The notes: generated by a model not told the origin, from the sequence alone. A DNA stretch of 64,000 nucleotides from Gracilinanus agilis (GCF_016433145.1 NC_058132.1:669492293-669556292), one strand, 5' to 3'; counted from the first letter of the stretch, positions 1-13,105 are shown. Program-made: numbers and translations.

Positions 1-500
1 ACCCCTCCCTCTCCTCCACAACCCCCGTTCTCCTCATCTGACTGCCGCTCTCGCCCCCCTCCCCCGCCCCCTTAGGTCTGACCCCTGCCCTCTCTCCCCC
101 CTCCCCGGGCGGCCTGGCTGGAAGACCCCCGCCCGGCGCCCAGGATGCTGCCGGCCGCGGCGCACCACTGCGGGCACCTCCTGGAGCGGCTGAACGCGCA
201 GCGCGAGGCAGGCTTCCTGTGCGACTGCACGGTGGTCATCGGGGAGCAGCAGTTCCGGGCGCACCGCAACGTGCTGGCTTCATTCAGCGAGTACTTCGGG
301 GCCGTGTACCGGGACTCGCCGCCGCCCGCCGACGTCTTCCTGGACCAGAGCCAGGTGAAGGCAGACGGCTTTCAGAAGCTGCTTGAGTTCATCTACACCG
401 GCACGCTGCACCTGGACAGGTAGGACCCCGGCCAGCCGGACCCACGTTCCGTGAGACAGCTCCGTAGCCGCGGGATCAAAGTTTGACCCATTTCATCAGA
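1..500. promoter_or_regulatory. CpG island over the MYNN 5' region and first coding exon
   Basis: Very GC- and CpG-rich against an AT-rich, CpG-poor background. Candidate splice acceptor CCCTTAG at 69-75 after a pyrimidine tract. Confidence 0.8.
145..419 (+). CDS. MYNN: Myoneurin coding exon 1 (BTB/POZ domain)
   Basis: Translates HHCGHLLERLNAQREAGFLCDC...FQKLLEFIYTGTLHLD, matching the recalled MYNN BTB. Donor AG|GTAGGA after 419, phase 2. Confidence 0.95.
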
Positions 501-2763
501 GGGAACTCCAGCGTGGCTCCGTAGTAGTTAGGAAGACCAGAGGCAGAATGCTGAGCGGAGTAGGGAGCTCCCAGGGGAACAGACCGGTCAGCTCTGGTGC
601 TGGCTCCCTCCTTCCTTTGGGGTCCCCCCAGATCTAGGAGCAGGGCTTTTGGGGGGACGCGGAGAGGGTCAGGGCAGAATCAGGAAAGGGGACAGGATAT
701 GGGCTGGAGGAGAAGCTGCTGACCTCGGGGAGAATCGTGGGAGGAGGAAGAATATCCTGGTCAGCCTCCTCAGGTGTCCTCATCCCCAGGGGGCGGGCTG
801 CAGAAGAAGAAGGGGGGGAGGCAGCAGGAGACCTCCAGCCCCTGCCCTGATCTTGTGGAGGAGTCTGGGGGTCCTTTTTTCACTCCCACCCGCTGTTTCC
901 CTGGGGCAGGTTCCCGACTCTCCCAGCCCTCCAGGAGGGAGCCTTTGGAAGCATCCCAAGTTCTGTCTCCAGAGCTGAGCACCAGAGTGCGGGGAGTTTG
1001 TGGTTTCTCTGGGCAGTTCGTGACCAGTCTCAGCAGCTGAAAGGAGCTTTTGGTCAAGGAAACTTTCAGTTTTATTCCTGGATTTTATCTGTTTCCTCCA
1101 GTGGGATTTTGCTGTGTGCCTTGGTCTCCCCGGGAATCAGCAGGTAGCCAGGCAGAGCCTGGAAGGGCAGACAATGACTACCAGGTTATTAGCGCTTAGA
1201 AAGCATTTTCTACCCAGTTATGGATACTAGATGTGCCCATCTAGGAATTGATGGAGCTTCTGGCCAAACAAGGGTCTGAGCTCCGGCAAGATGGGACTCT
1301 AAGGTTTAGGAGGCCTTATGAGGACCCTGACCTACCCGTGGTCCCACCTGCGGCCCCCACTTGGCCTCTGGGCAGCTCCTACCTGCAGCCTCCAGGTGAG
1401 GGGCATGCTGGGCAGGATCAGCCTTTGGAGGCCCATCCCTCTACCCTCCTTCGCAGCAGCCCTCAGAGCTCCTCGCCAGGCTTGGAGCAGAAAGGTTTTA
1501 ACAATCAAGCTGCAGGCGGGCCGAAAAGAAAAAAACACCTTCAGAAAAGAACAACCCACAGCAGAGACGCTCTTCTTACTACTGTTTCTTGCCTTTCCAG
1601 GCTCAGCAGGAGTTGTAAAAAAAGCTTTATAAAAGGCCTCAGCCCCTTCTGTGTGGTCAGAGAATGACCACCCCCAAAAGGAACCAAGAGTTGCTAGTCA
1701 CATCTCTGGAAGGAGCAACTCCCCACTGGCAAAGGAAAGAATTTGGAGGGTTTAGCTTATAGGGGCAGCTGGGGAGATGGATGTCAGCCTCCATAGAGCT
1801 CCTGCTGGCTCCTGCTTCCCTCCTTCCCTTGACAGGGATGCTGGCTTTTCACATGGATCCTCAAGTGGACAAGTCAGCCATAGTCTTGTTCCACCCTGGC
1901 TCTCCTTAGCTGCTCTCCTAATAAGAGGGACCCCTTATTTTCTCAAGTATGAAAGGTGTGATGATTGGTCAATTGAAGTGCTACTTACAGAGGGCTGCAC
2001 AAGCATTAAGATATTTTGTGTTAAAAATACAAAATTTAAATTTCTCTGGCATTCATATCATTTTAAACTTTGGAATGCTCTCTCATGTTTAAGTTCTAGA
2101 GGCCTAACCATAAGGAGAAATGAGTTACTTTATACACTCTTATACGGAAAATCTCCAACTTAAAAAAATACGTATTTGAATGACATAGGATTGTAGCTTT
2201 AGAGCTGAAAGGGATGTTAGAGGCCATTGAGCTCACTTCATTTTACAGATGGACAAAATGAGGCAGAGAGGTCCTGGTCCCACAGTTAGTATTGTAATGG
2301 GGAAATAGGAAAGCAGATTTAGCCAGGCAGGCTGACAGTACTCCCTATTACAGTATCTAAGGCTGATGTGAATTTCTGTCCTTAACTCCAAAGCTCTTGA
2401 AGATGCCAGCATCCTTAGTTGTTTGGATGCTAGAATGCATTAAGATTTTCAGGCTAGCTCAAGAGAAAGGTTACTTAACCCAAGTTAGGATGGAAATACA
2501 ATATATTTATAATGAAAAATTTCAGAAAGCAATATGGTTGAAATTCTAGTAACTAAACAAAAAAAAAGAATAAATTTCATGACAGTTTATTTTGATGACT
2601 GAAATTTGAAGAGAAGTAGATTCATTTGGTAAGAATGAAAGAAGGTGGTAATTTCAAGTATTTGGCACTATTTAAAAAATAAACTTTCAGAATTTATTTT
2701 TCTTTAATACAGTTTATCATTAATATTATTTTAGCTTAGCCATGACTAAGATTTTTTCCGACT

Positions 2764-3376
2764 TGTGATGAAAAAGGGGTTTTATGGGTTCAGTATATTA
2801 AAGATGGTCGCCAGAGGATTGAACTGTTATCAGTCCTCAATTAAGAATAATCTCAAATCAAAATTGACTTTTATGGAAGTTTATTTACATGAGAGAAGAG
2901 AGAGAGGAAGAAAATAAGAATCTATCTCACTAATTAATCCAGGTAAATCTTAACCCTCAGCCGGCCCTGAGGCCCGGAGGTGAATGGAGCAAACTTCATT
3001 CACAGGTCTATAAAAGGAAGTTTCTTAATAGAAGTTCAGGAAGATTCAGTCTTTAAACTCACCACATGGAATAGTCTCTGGTCATGAACCAGCAAAGCTC
3101 CCTCAGGTCCCCTTCACCAAACCAGGAGCAACCTCACTCACTCAACTCCCTCTTTTAAAGGGGTCACGTATGGGTCACTTCCAGTGCCTTCCCCTAGCCT
3201 GTGTGTCCAATCACAATAGACGCTTTCATAGAAAGTATAGGGGACGGTCTGTTGATTCTGATTCATTACTCACTCTAACACACGTGGGTTAGGACCTCCC
3301 AGAATTGGAAGGTGCTCTCTCACTTTTGGTGATTAAATCTAAAGATGGGCAGTGTTGACTTAATCTAATTATCACA
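2764..3376 (-). mobile_element. Solo LTR (ERV1-like), antisense to MYNN
   Basis: TGTGAT...ATCACA termini; 4-bp flanks GACT/TACT; minus-strand AATAAA at 2880-2885; 613 bp. Confidence 0.65.
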
Positions 3377-4780
3377 TACTTGAGAGATAGAAAAGAGAGA
3401 TCTCAGAAAATCCTTCAAAAATGTTTGTGGGAAAGTGATTGGCTAAGATGTAGGGAACCTTAAAGCTTATCTAGTTCAGCTCATTTATTTTGTGATAAGG
3501 AATTAGAGATCCTTGAAAATTAAAAGATTGACCCAAACAAGGTCATATAACTAGTTAATTAATAAAACAAGGATTACTGGGTTTAAGTTTCTGGAGGACA
3601 GGGTTGTGCTGAACATTTCTAGGACCTCCTGATAATGCATTACGTGTAGGGTATTTAGTAAATAACTGGTCATCAGACCTCCAGGACTTTGCTCATTCCT
3701 CTATAGTGCTGCTCTATCCACCATGTAAGCAGTTAGAGAGGAAAAGGAAGCACATGATAGGTCTGTTTTCCACTTCCATCCCCCATAAGGGAAGAGAAAG
3801 TTCTTAGGAAGACCCATGAGGCCAGATTCTTTCTGGTTCTGGCAGTTCCGTGACACCTCCAGGCAGCTTGCAGCTGGTGGGAGATGAGGGCTGTTGCATA
3901 AGAAAGGAGACACTTTTTGCTTGGCTCCAGAGAAGAGAGCTAAGAGCAATGGGTGGAGTTTACAAAAATAGAAGATTTAGGTTTATGTAAAAAATAACTT
4001 CCCCCAGTTTGAGCTGGCCCAACCAGGCATAGGATAGGCCTCCTCAGCAGGTGGCGTGTTCCGTCTTAGTGGAGGTCTTCGAGCAAAGCCTGGGTGACTA
4101 CTTGTCAGGTAAGTTGTACTAGGGATTCTTGGTCATTTATGGGATTTGTTGTGTAAAAGGGGCACCAAGCTCCCTTCCCTCTTAAGGACTCTGGGACTGG
4201 CAATCATTTCTCAACAGTGTTAAAGGGATTTTCTTTATCTCTCAGTCTGTCTCTTTAAGAGCAGAAGATTTCTAAGAGCAGGACAGCTGAGAAGAGTTCT
4301 GATAGGCTTCTGTGAACCAGAGCTGAAGATTCCATTACCTAGGAGATGAGGAAGAGATATATATATGAGGATCAGTATGCAGTTAGGGCTTTTACCTTTG
4401 GTCTTGGAGGGAGCAGGTTGGGCAGTCTTTGTCTCTGTGACTGGCAGTTTTTTTACTATTGATAGTTGGGGTAGAGAAACGGATTTAAGGAGGTTGTAGT
4501 TGATTAATGTTTATTGATTAGCTTAGGTAGGTAGGTAGTGAAAATATTTCTAGTTGGAGTAGTGTAGATAAGTTAGACCTGGTCTGCCATGTAGAAGAAC
4601 CTGTCCTTGAATACAGTTAGAGTTTTTTAGAAATTTTAGGTAGGATTAGGATTTTAGGTATAGTCATAAGGTATTAGAGTAATAATCTCACTTTTCTCCT
4701 TTCTATTTTCTAGCTGAACTTCTTCTAAATTAAACTTAGTGTTTTTATCAAACTCCTACCAAAATTAATCCTTAACATCC

Positions 4781-4798
4781 TGGCAAGACAGCTAGGAG
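4781..4798 (+). other. ERV primer-binding site, tRNA-Arg(ACG)-like
   Basis: TGGCAAGACAGCTAGGAG vs the complement of the recalled tRNA-Arg 3' end TGGCGAGCCAGCCAGGAG: 15/18, starting 3 nt after the LTR terminal CA. Confidence 0.8.
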
Positions 4799-5640
4799 TT
4801 TGATCTATTAATCTTCTGTTCCTTTCCAATAATAGGCAAAAGGGTAGAAGTGTAACCATGGTGCTAGATATCATGGTACAGATAGTGAAGGAGGAGGTTC
4901 TACTCTTATCTCAAACAACTCCCACTACTAGGGAACTTTACTGAGATATTACATCTCACAGTTTTAGATTGTCTCTGGTTATTACCATTTCTGGGATTAT
5001 ACTTTCTGGCAGGATTATTTCAAGGATACCAACTTTATAAAATATTTGGTCTAATTCTCTCTAAGAAAGGAAACAATTGAAATATAGCTTAATGGAAACT
5101 AGAGTAGCATACCTGGAACATTGTATCTCTCAAATGTCTGAAACTATTTCTCAACAGAATGAAACTGTCTCTAGAGTTGCATGCCTTGAAGATAGCATCT
5201 CTCAAATTGCCAAAACTATTTCTCAACAGAATGAAACTATCTCTTGTTTTACCCAACCTGCCTCTTCAACTATTTCTACTTCTTTTACTAAGGCAGCCAA
5301 AGCAAAAACCCAAAAGAAAGAAGATAAAACCCCCTTAAGAGAAGTACCAACTTTAATCCCCCAAAAGAACTAGTTAATATTAGACATCAAAGACTATTTA
5401 CCCCTCAAGATATTGAAGGATTTAAGCTGAGCACCCCTTCTTTTGAGGAGGAACACATAACTGTTATAAAAAAAAAAAAGCTGGAAACCGTACGTCAATA
5501 ATTTGATCCAACCTGGACTGATTTTGAGCATTTGCTAGATAAGTTGTTAACAAAAAGGGAAAAGGATAAGGTTATAAGGCTTACTAATGAGGCTTGGGGA
5601 ATGGGTACAGTTCATTGGTCTCTGCAGGACCCTCGATGGG

Positions 5641-5846
5641 ATTTTTTTTTTTAAACCCCTTCCTTCTTGTCTTGGAGCCAATACTATGTATTGGTTCCAA
5701 GGCAGAAGAGTGGCAAGTCTAGGCAATTGGGGTTAAGTGACTTGCCTAGGGTCACATAGCTGGGAAGTATCTGAGGCCAGATTTGAACCTAGGACCTTCT
5801 GTCTCTAGGGCTGGCTCTCAATCCACTGAGCCACCCAGCTGCTCCA
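5641..5846 (-). mobile_element. SINE1_Mdo-type SINE inserted in ERV gag
   Basis: Full SINE body with T-tail. TSD CCTCGATGGGATTTT / CCTTGATGGGATTTT. Confidence 0.9.
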
Positions 5847-8251
5847 CCTTGATGGGATTTTAATGATGTACAGGACTACTTGAGATTGTGTTGAGCTAGG
5901 GAGTCAGTTCTTAACTCAGTGAGAGCATATTCTGACAGTCCAGGTATCTGGACAAAATTTGAGAAACTAAAACAAGAAATCAGAGAAAATTCTTCAGTTT
6001 GTGTACTGACTTATAGAACCTGGGAGGAAGATATATAGACTTAGATTTGACCAGAGAAATGGATATTAGACAATCAAGAAGGCAGTTTGTGAAAAATTGT
6101 TGCAGGGTGGTCAAGGACTATTTTAAAACCAATTGTCCTAAATGGATGAATATGGACCTTGATGAATTAAGGAGAGTGGCAGTATTTGTGTATAATGGAC
6201 ATGAAAGGAAAGATGATGATGATGATAGTGATTTAGTAGATGCATTAAGAAAGGAGATTAAAGTATTAAAGGGAAAACTTGAAAAAAGAAATCCAAATTT
6301 TGGGTTAGCTATGGCTCCTGTGCAAGAATATACAAACCAAAGACCACTGTGTTACTTATGCAGGCAAAGGGGCTACATAATAAGTTGCAGATGCTAGAAT
6401 CAAATATTCAATAATTTTAGGAGTAATGATGAAACCTTAGGAATAACTATTCTAGGAACAACAACTATTTTAGAAATAATAAACAATTTCAGAAATAACA
6501 ATTATGGAAATTATGGGAATGATAGAACCAATAACCAATATGAGGCAAATGACATGATACAATATATCCGAAATGGGGCACATCCAAGCAATAGCCAAAA
6601 TGTAAATCCTCAATGAGAAGAATCTCAGAGAGGTGCATACAGACCTTTATGAAGGTTTGAGAGGGGAGAAAGGACTCTGGAATTAAAGATTGGAATATTT
6701 GATTTTCCAGACACAGATATAATTACACCAGTCATCCCAGTCCATTCTCCCCTGGATAGCAATGAACCACATGTGACAGTAAAAGTTGGAAATACATTAT
6801 ACAATTGTCTTCTAGATCCTGGGGCATCAAGATCTGTGCTGATGAGTACACCTGATTCTAATTATAATTCTTTTGGGTCTATTAATGTCGTTGGGGGTGT
6901 TTGGAACACCTTTGGAAGTCCAAAAGCTTTCACCATGAATGGTGTCTGTGGGACCTTTATCCATGGAACATTTCGTTCCTTCTAATGCCTTACTCCCCAA
7001 TGAATTTATTGAGGAGAGATCTTTTGTGTAAATTAAGAGCCATGATAATAGGTACTCAAGATGGCAATATTACATTAGAACCACTGGAAGAATCAATTTG
7101 TTCCCTGTACTCTTTCCAGATAGTCAGGAGATGGATAAAGCTCCAACCTTTAAAATACCAACAGATATACCTGAATCTCTCTGGGTTACATCTTCTACTG
7201 TTGTAGGCCTGCTTAAATCAGCTGTTCTGGTACGAATTAGAACGAGAGGTATTCCGCAATATCCATTATCAAAAGAAGCAATTGAGGGAATTACCCCAGT
7301 GATAAATTCTTTAATTAAAAAGAAAATAATAATCCCATGCAAATCAGAATACAATACACCTATTTTGCCTATTAAAAAACCAAAATTGGACAAAAATGGA
7401 AAACTTGTTTATTGATTTGTTCAAGATTTAAGGGCTCTTAATAATCATGTCATCAAACGACACCCTGTTATTCCAAGACAATCAACTATTATTTCCTTTA
7501 TTCCTAGCACTGCTAAATATTTCACAGTAGTAGATTTGTGTTCTGCCTTTTTTTCAATACCCATTCATGAAGATTCCTGAAACATGTTTGTATTCACCTG
7601 GAAAGGGTCTCAATACATGGTGTTGTCTACCTCAAGGTTATGTAGAAAGTCCAACTTTATTTTCCCAAATTTTGACACAAGATTTGGCAAATATCGAGTT
7701 TAAGGAGAGCCATTTAATATACTTTGTAAATGATTTGCTCTTGGCCTCACCAAATGCTGAAGCATGCCAAGAAGATAGCAGATATCTCCTGTTGGATAAG
7801 AGAGGACACAAGATTTCAATCAAAGGTTCAGTGGTGCTCTCCCAAAAATGGAGTAATTAGGATTTTAGTTGAAGGTTCCCCTTTCATTTCTCCTAAGCAT
7901 ATTGAAGATAATCAAAAATTGAGTGCCCCAGGATACTGGAAGGCGAAGTGTGTATAACCTGGAGTGCCTGTATTTACCTCTTGAAAAAGTGCCCAGTGCA
8001 GAAGCTTCCTAGCCATGTGACCCTGGGCAGTTCACTTTACCCCATTTGCCTAGCCTTGTCCTTCTGTCTCAGGATTGTTTATGTTTTCAAGCCCTGTAAG
8101 ATGTAGGTTATAATTTTGTATTTGCACCTTGTTCTAAATTAATTTACTAACATTCATGTTGATTTCTCTGTTCTAAATTACCTGGCCTATTATCAAAAAT
8201 AAAAGGTTTTCTTTGACCAGAATATTGTCATTGAGCCTTGTTTCCTTGCAG

Positions 8252-9054
8252 TTGGAATGTTAAAGAAATTCACCAGGCTGCTGACTATCTCAAAGTGGAG
8301 GAGGTGGTCACTAAATGTAAGATAAAGATGGAAGATTTTGCTTTTCTTGCTAATCCCTCTTCTACAGAGATATCTAGTATTACTGGCAACATTGAGCTGA
8401 ACCAGCAGACTTGCCTACTTACTCTTCGAGATTTTAACAACCGGGAGAAATCAGAAACTTCTGTTGACTTGGTTCAGGCACATGCTAAGAAGGTGACTTT
8501 AGAAAAGAAATCTCCTCAAACCAAAAAGAAGAAGAAGGCGACTTTTAGTTCCCAGAAAAATGTGCAAAATAAGCCAGTGCAATATTCCAGTGACCTGTTA
8601 GAGAATTCTTCTGTTGACATGTTTCTAGATATAAATAAATTGCCTTCACCAGTAACAGAACAAATTGCACAAGGAAATGATACCTCAGAACTCCAGCTGA
8701 CTTCAGTTGTGGGAGATGATAGTTTTACAACACAAGACATCATTTTGCAAACAGTTGCAGTAAAACAGAAACGAGGAAAATCACAGCCAAACTGTGCTTT
8801 GAAAGAGCACTGTATGTCGAATATAGCCAGTGTTCCGAACACTTACCAGCTGGAGGCCTCTGGAGAAGACCTAGATCAGAGGTACCCGAAGACCAAGCCT
8901 ATGTGTAACACTTGTGGGAAAGTGTTTTCAGAAGCTAGCAGCCTAAGGCGACATATGCGAATCCACAAAGGGGTAAAGCCCTACGTCTGCCAACTGTGTG
9001 GAAAAGCATTTACCCAGTGTAACCAGCTGAAAACGCATGTCAGAACTCATACAG
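8252..9054 (+). CDS. MYNN: Myoneurin coding exon 2 (end of BTB, basic NLS, ZF1-2)
   Basis: Acceptor ttgcag|T completes Ser (AG+T), then [19 protein letters not shown]. Contains [11 protein letters not shown] and two C2H2 fingers. Donor ACAG|GTAAGA. Confidence 0.97.
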
Positions 9055-9729
9055 GTAAGATTGTGTGTGTGTTTTTTTTAAGTTAACATTTCCTTAGGGT
9101 ACTGATTATTTGTGACTTGAAATCTGTATATTCTTACATATAGAAAAAAATCAGTAGTATTAAATTGTTGAAGTATAATGGATTTCATGATATTCATGGT
9201 TTATTCCTGATGCCCAGAATACATACATAATGCACTAATTCTGTAATTTCTCAGAATTAAAAGTAAGCTATTTAATTTGGTGCTTAGCCTGCTAGTCATT
9301 AAGAGGAGCAAAAATTTTGAAGCTGTTAAAGACTTGCTATGAGTGTTTGAATTTTTCATTTGCCAAAGTGCCTCTCTGTCAACTTCTCTCTTTAGTTGAT
9401 CTACTTCTAGGTCTTTGCCTCTGTTTTCATTGAAGTAATCAGAGCTTGCATTCTCCTCCTCGCCCACTTACTTGTACTAATGAATATTCCTATTGCTATT
9501 TTCTCTTATATTGGACTCCGTATTTTTGAGAAGCTAACTGACTCTTGTCGCATCAGTATTTTCATTGAATGAGACTGGAGAAAGATCTGGTTGCTGCAAT
9601 CAATTAGCCTGTCCTTTGTGCAGATAAATAGGAAAGGGATGATGAACTTCTTTACCTTTTTGGATCCAGCCAAGTACAATACAAAATTTCCTTTTAAATA
9701 TACATGCTTTTCTTTGGATTTTTTTTTAG

Positions 9730-9889
9730 GTGAGAAGCCATATAGATGTGAACTCTGTGACAAAGGCTTTGCTCAAAAGTGCCAGCTGGTTTTTCATAGT
9801 CGCATGCATCATGGTGAAGAGAAGCCCTATAAATGTGATGTATGCAATTTACAGTTTGCAACTTCTAGTAATCTCAAGATTCATGGAAG
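9730..9889 (+). CDS. MYNN: Myoneurin coding exon 3 (ZF3-4)
   Basis: ttttag|GTGAGAAG gives GEKPYRCELCDKGFAQKCQLVFHSRMHH...CDVCNLQFATSSNLKIHG. Donor AG|GTAAGA. Confidence 0.97.
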
Positions 9890-10562
9890 GTAAGAAAAAA
9901 TCAACCAGTCTGTTACTTGACATAGTAATAAGGATGTCAGTACCATGTGGGAGTACATTAGGGAGTTCTAGGTTCAAGTCTGGATTCCAGTATAAACTTT
10001 GACCTTATGACATTTCTCTTGTGTCTCCATGTGTACAAATGGTCAGAAGCCTGGTGGCCTTCCACCAGGGTGCTGGGACAATACAGGAGATGATATTTTT
10101 AAAACAGGCATATTCTGAGCGCTCTTGTTCTTAGAGGAGTATGAATGGTGCTTTAAGAGAAGACGTTACATTTTTCAGGACCATTCAGACTGAGTGTTAT
10201 TATTCATCCTCTTTTTCCTTCCCTCCTCTACATAGCACAGTGCCTGGAAGACAGGAGGCCTGTCTCAAGAAATGTTTGTGGACTGACAGTGAGAGGAGGA
10301 CTTCTGAGGGAGATAACACAGCTTTGTGGCTGTTTCCTAGCTACTGTTTAGAGAGGCTTCCATAAAGGAAGAATTTTTTGGAAAGATTTAACAGTCTTTA
10401 ATTCCTGCTACAGTTAATCTTGACCAGCTAATAGACCCTGAAGGTTAAAGTAGCATGAGCCGAATTGTCCTTGTGCCTCAGATGGTCACTAGGTAGCACT
10501 CCCAGCTCTTATTGGGTGGAATAATCAGAAACAGGGCTCTGAAGATTAAATTGGATTTGGAA

Positions 10563-10760
10563 TTTTTTTTAAACCCTTACCTTCTATCTTAGAATCAATA
10601 CAAAGTGCTGGTTCCAAGGCAGAAGAGTGGTAAGGGCTAGGCAGTGGAGGTTAAATGACTTTCCCAGGGACCCATAGCTAGGAAGTGTCTGAGTTCAGAT
10701 TTGTACCCAGGACCTTCTATCTCCAGGTTTGGCTTTGTCCACTGAGCCACCCAGGTACCC
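10563..10760 (-). mobile_element. SINE1_Mdo-type
   Basis: Typical body (AAACCCTTACCTTC...CACTGAGCCACCCAG); flanks share ATTTGGAATT. Confidence 0.88.
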
Positions 10761-10861
10761 TCTTGTATTTGGAATTAATTGCCAAATGAGAGGGACAGTT
10801 TAATGTTTGTGAGGAGCTGATGGAACATCAATTTTACATATGTTTTAAAAATTATTCATTT

Positions 10862-10865
<4 letters not shown>

Positions 10866-10908
<43 letters not shown>
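10866..10908. repeat. (AC)n microsatellite, about 21 units
   Basis: Read directly from the sequence. Confidence 0.97.
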
Positions 10909-10909
<1 letters not shown>

Positions 10910-11185
10910 TCATGAGACATCACATGGTGTAGTGGATAGAGAGCCAGTCAGTCTTGGAGATAGGAAGGCCTAGATTCGGACCTATCCTGGCTCCATGTCC
11001 TTGGACAATCACTTTCTCCCTTAGAGTTCCAGGTAGTTTAGGGGACCTTTGCAGGGAAGGTGCCAGGCTTCCTTGATAAAGGTATTCTCCTCACCTGGAA
11101 GTTCTCTGTTGTAATGGCAGACGGCTTGGACCAGTGGTTCCTCTAACCTCTAAACCTCTAAGGAAGTGTATGAGGACAGATTTGA

Positions 11186-11569
<384 letters not shown>

Positions 11570-12302
11570 TGAAAAGGTGATGGATGAAAGAGAGAGAGAC
11601 ATGAACCAGAGGAGGAGGAGGAGGGTGAAGGTGAAGAGAGATCACGGGAGTGATGTGGGCACAACCCAAGACTGGTCCTGTACCAGAGGGTGGAGCATAG
11701 ATTCCCCGGGGCATTCATTCAAGTGTACAAAAAAAAGCCAAAGTCTTCTTTAGGACCATCCTAGTAATAACAGGCACATGGCATTCATTTGTCATAAAAT
11801 TTATAGACTGGAATAAAAATCTGGAATAATGATGATTTAATTTTTTTATTCAACTTCTCTATCTTGAATCTTAAAAGGAATGCCCTTCAAATTCATAATA
11901 TCTAATTTGAAACATATTTTTCAGGTTTTCTTTCTGTAGGACTTTTTAATAGTCTTAATTATGTATTTATTCTCTTGTATTGATGCACTAGTTTTCTTAT
12001 TTCCAAGGCTTTTAATGGTTGATAAATGTAAATGAATTTTTAAAATTACATTAAAAATCAAACTTATGAAAAACTGGTTTCTGCCAGAAGAGATATTTAT
12101 AGAAATGAGACCTTGTGTGAAAATAATCATCTTATATTAAAAGTAAAAATATTAGTTACTAACATTCGTGAAGTTGGATCATTAAAAAAATACTAATAGC
12201 CCTCTAAAATCTTTTAGGAGATTAGAGATTTTAATTGAAATGTTATTCTAGAATAGTTTATTTGAGGTAATCTGTAATTGATAAAATATTTTACTGGTAT
12301 AG

Positions 12303-12527
<225 letters not shown>

Positions 12528-13105
12528 TAAACAGACATACTCTTATAAGCAATTGAACTAAAATGAAGAAAATAGCTACTGTTGTAAAGGGTGAAAACGG
12601 CAAACCAAGGAAAACAACATTGATGTTGGTTATTTTTAATCCCTTTAAAATGGCTTCTTCCTTAGTATTAAGTTTAGGAAGTGCCTAATAATAAGCCTAC
12701 TACCTCAGTTCCCCTTCCTTGATGTAAATAGAATTTATGTACACTGTTGGCAAGTAAGGGAAATTTGTAACTAGTAAAACATTATCACTCTGTGGCACTA
12801 TTACTTTATTGAATCAAAATGTATGGAAAGAAAACAAGGTGAAATTTTGTGGTATTTTAGAAGAGGTTTTAAGTCTTTTTTCTTTTAGAGAATGGAGTTC
12901 CTATCTGTGTTTAAATCAGACTTTGTGGAACTTTGTTGTTTTTAGAATTGGACATAACAAAAACTTTGTAATTATATTTAAGAACAATTTGGTATTTAAC
13001 CATATTAGGTTCATATACATGTTGATGCATATATATATTTTGCTTCAGCTGCCAACCTTTAGAAATATTGAAATTTTTTAACTAAACTTTTTTTTTTCAT
13101 CCCAG

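Larger units (their letters stand above)
4152..7935 (+). mobile_element. Class-I endogenous retrovirus, 3'-truncated (5'LTR-PBS-gag-pro-RT), decayed
   Basis: LTR TGTAAA..TTAACA (about 4152-4777). Degenerate zinc knuckle CYLCRQRGY at 6350. Protease LLDPGA (DPGA at 6815) and NLLRRDLL. RT motifs PQYPL, NTPILPIKK, LPQGYVESPTLF (7627) and FVND in place of YVDD. Many stops and frameshifts. Confidence 0.92.

Noticed and set aside
34-269. Minus-strand ORFs of 76 and 65 aa
   Set aside because: Antisense shadows of the GC3-rich MYNN exon.
649-1667. Several 95-139 aa ORFs in the GC-rich start of MYNN intron
   Set aside because: No recognisable domain. They overlap in several frames and strands, as expected from stop-poor GC-rich DNA.
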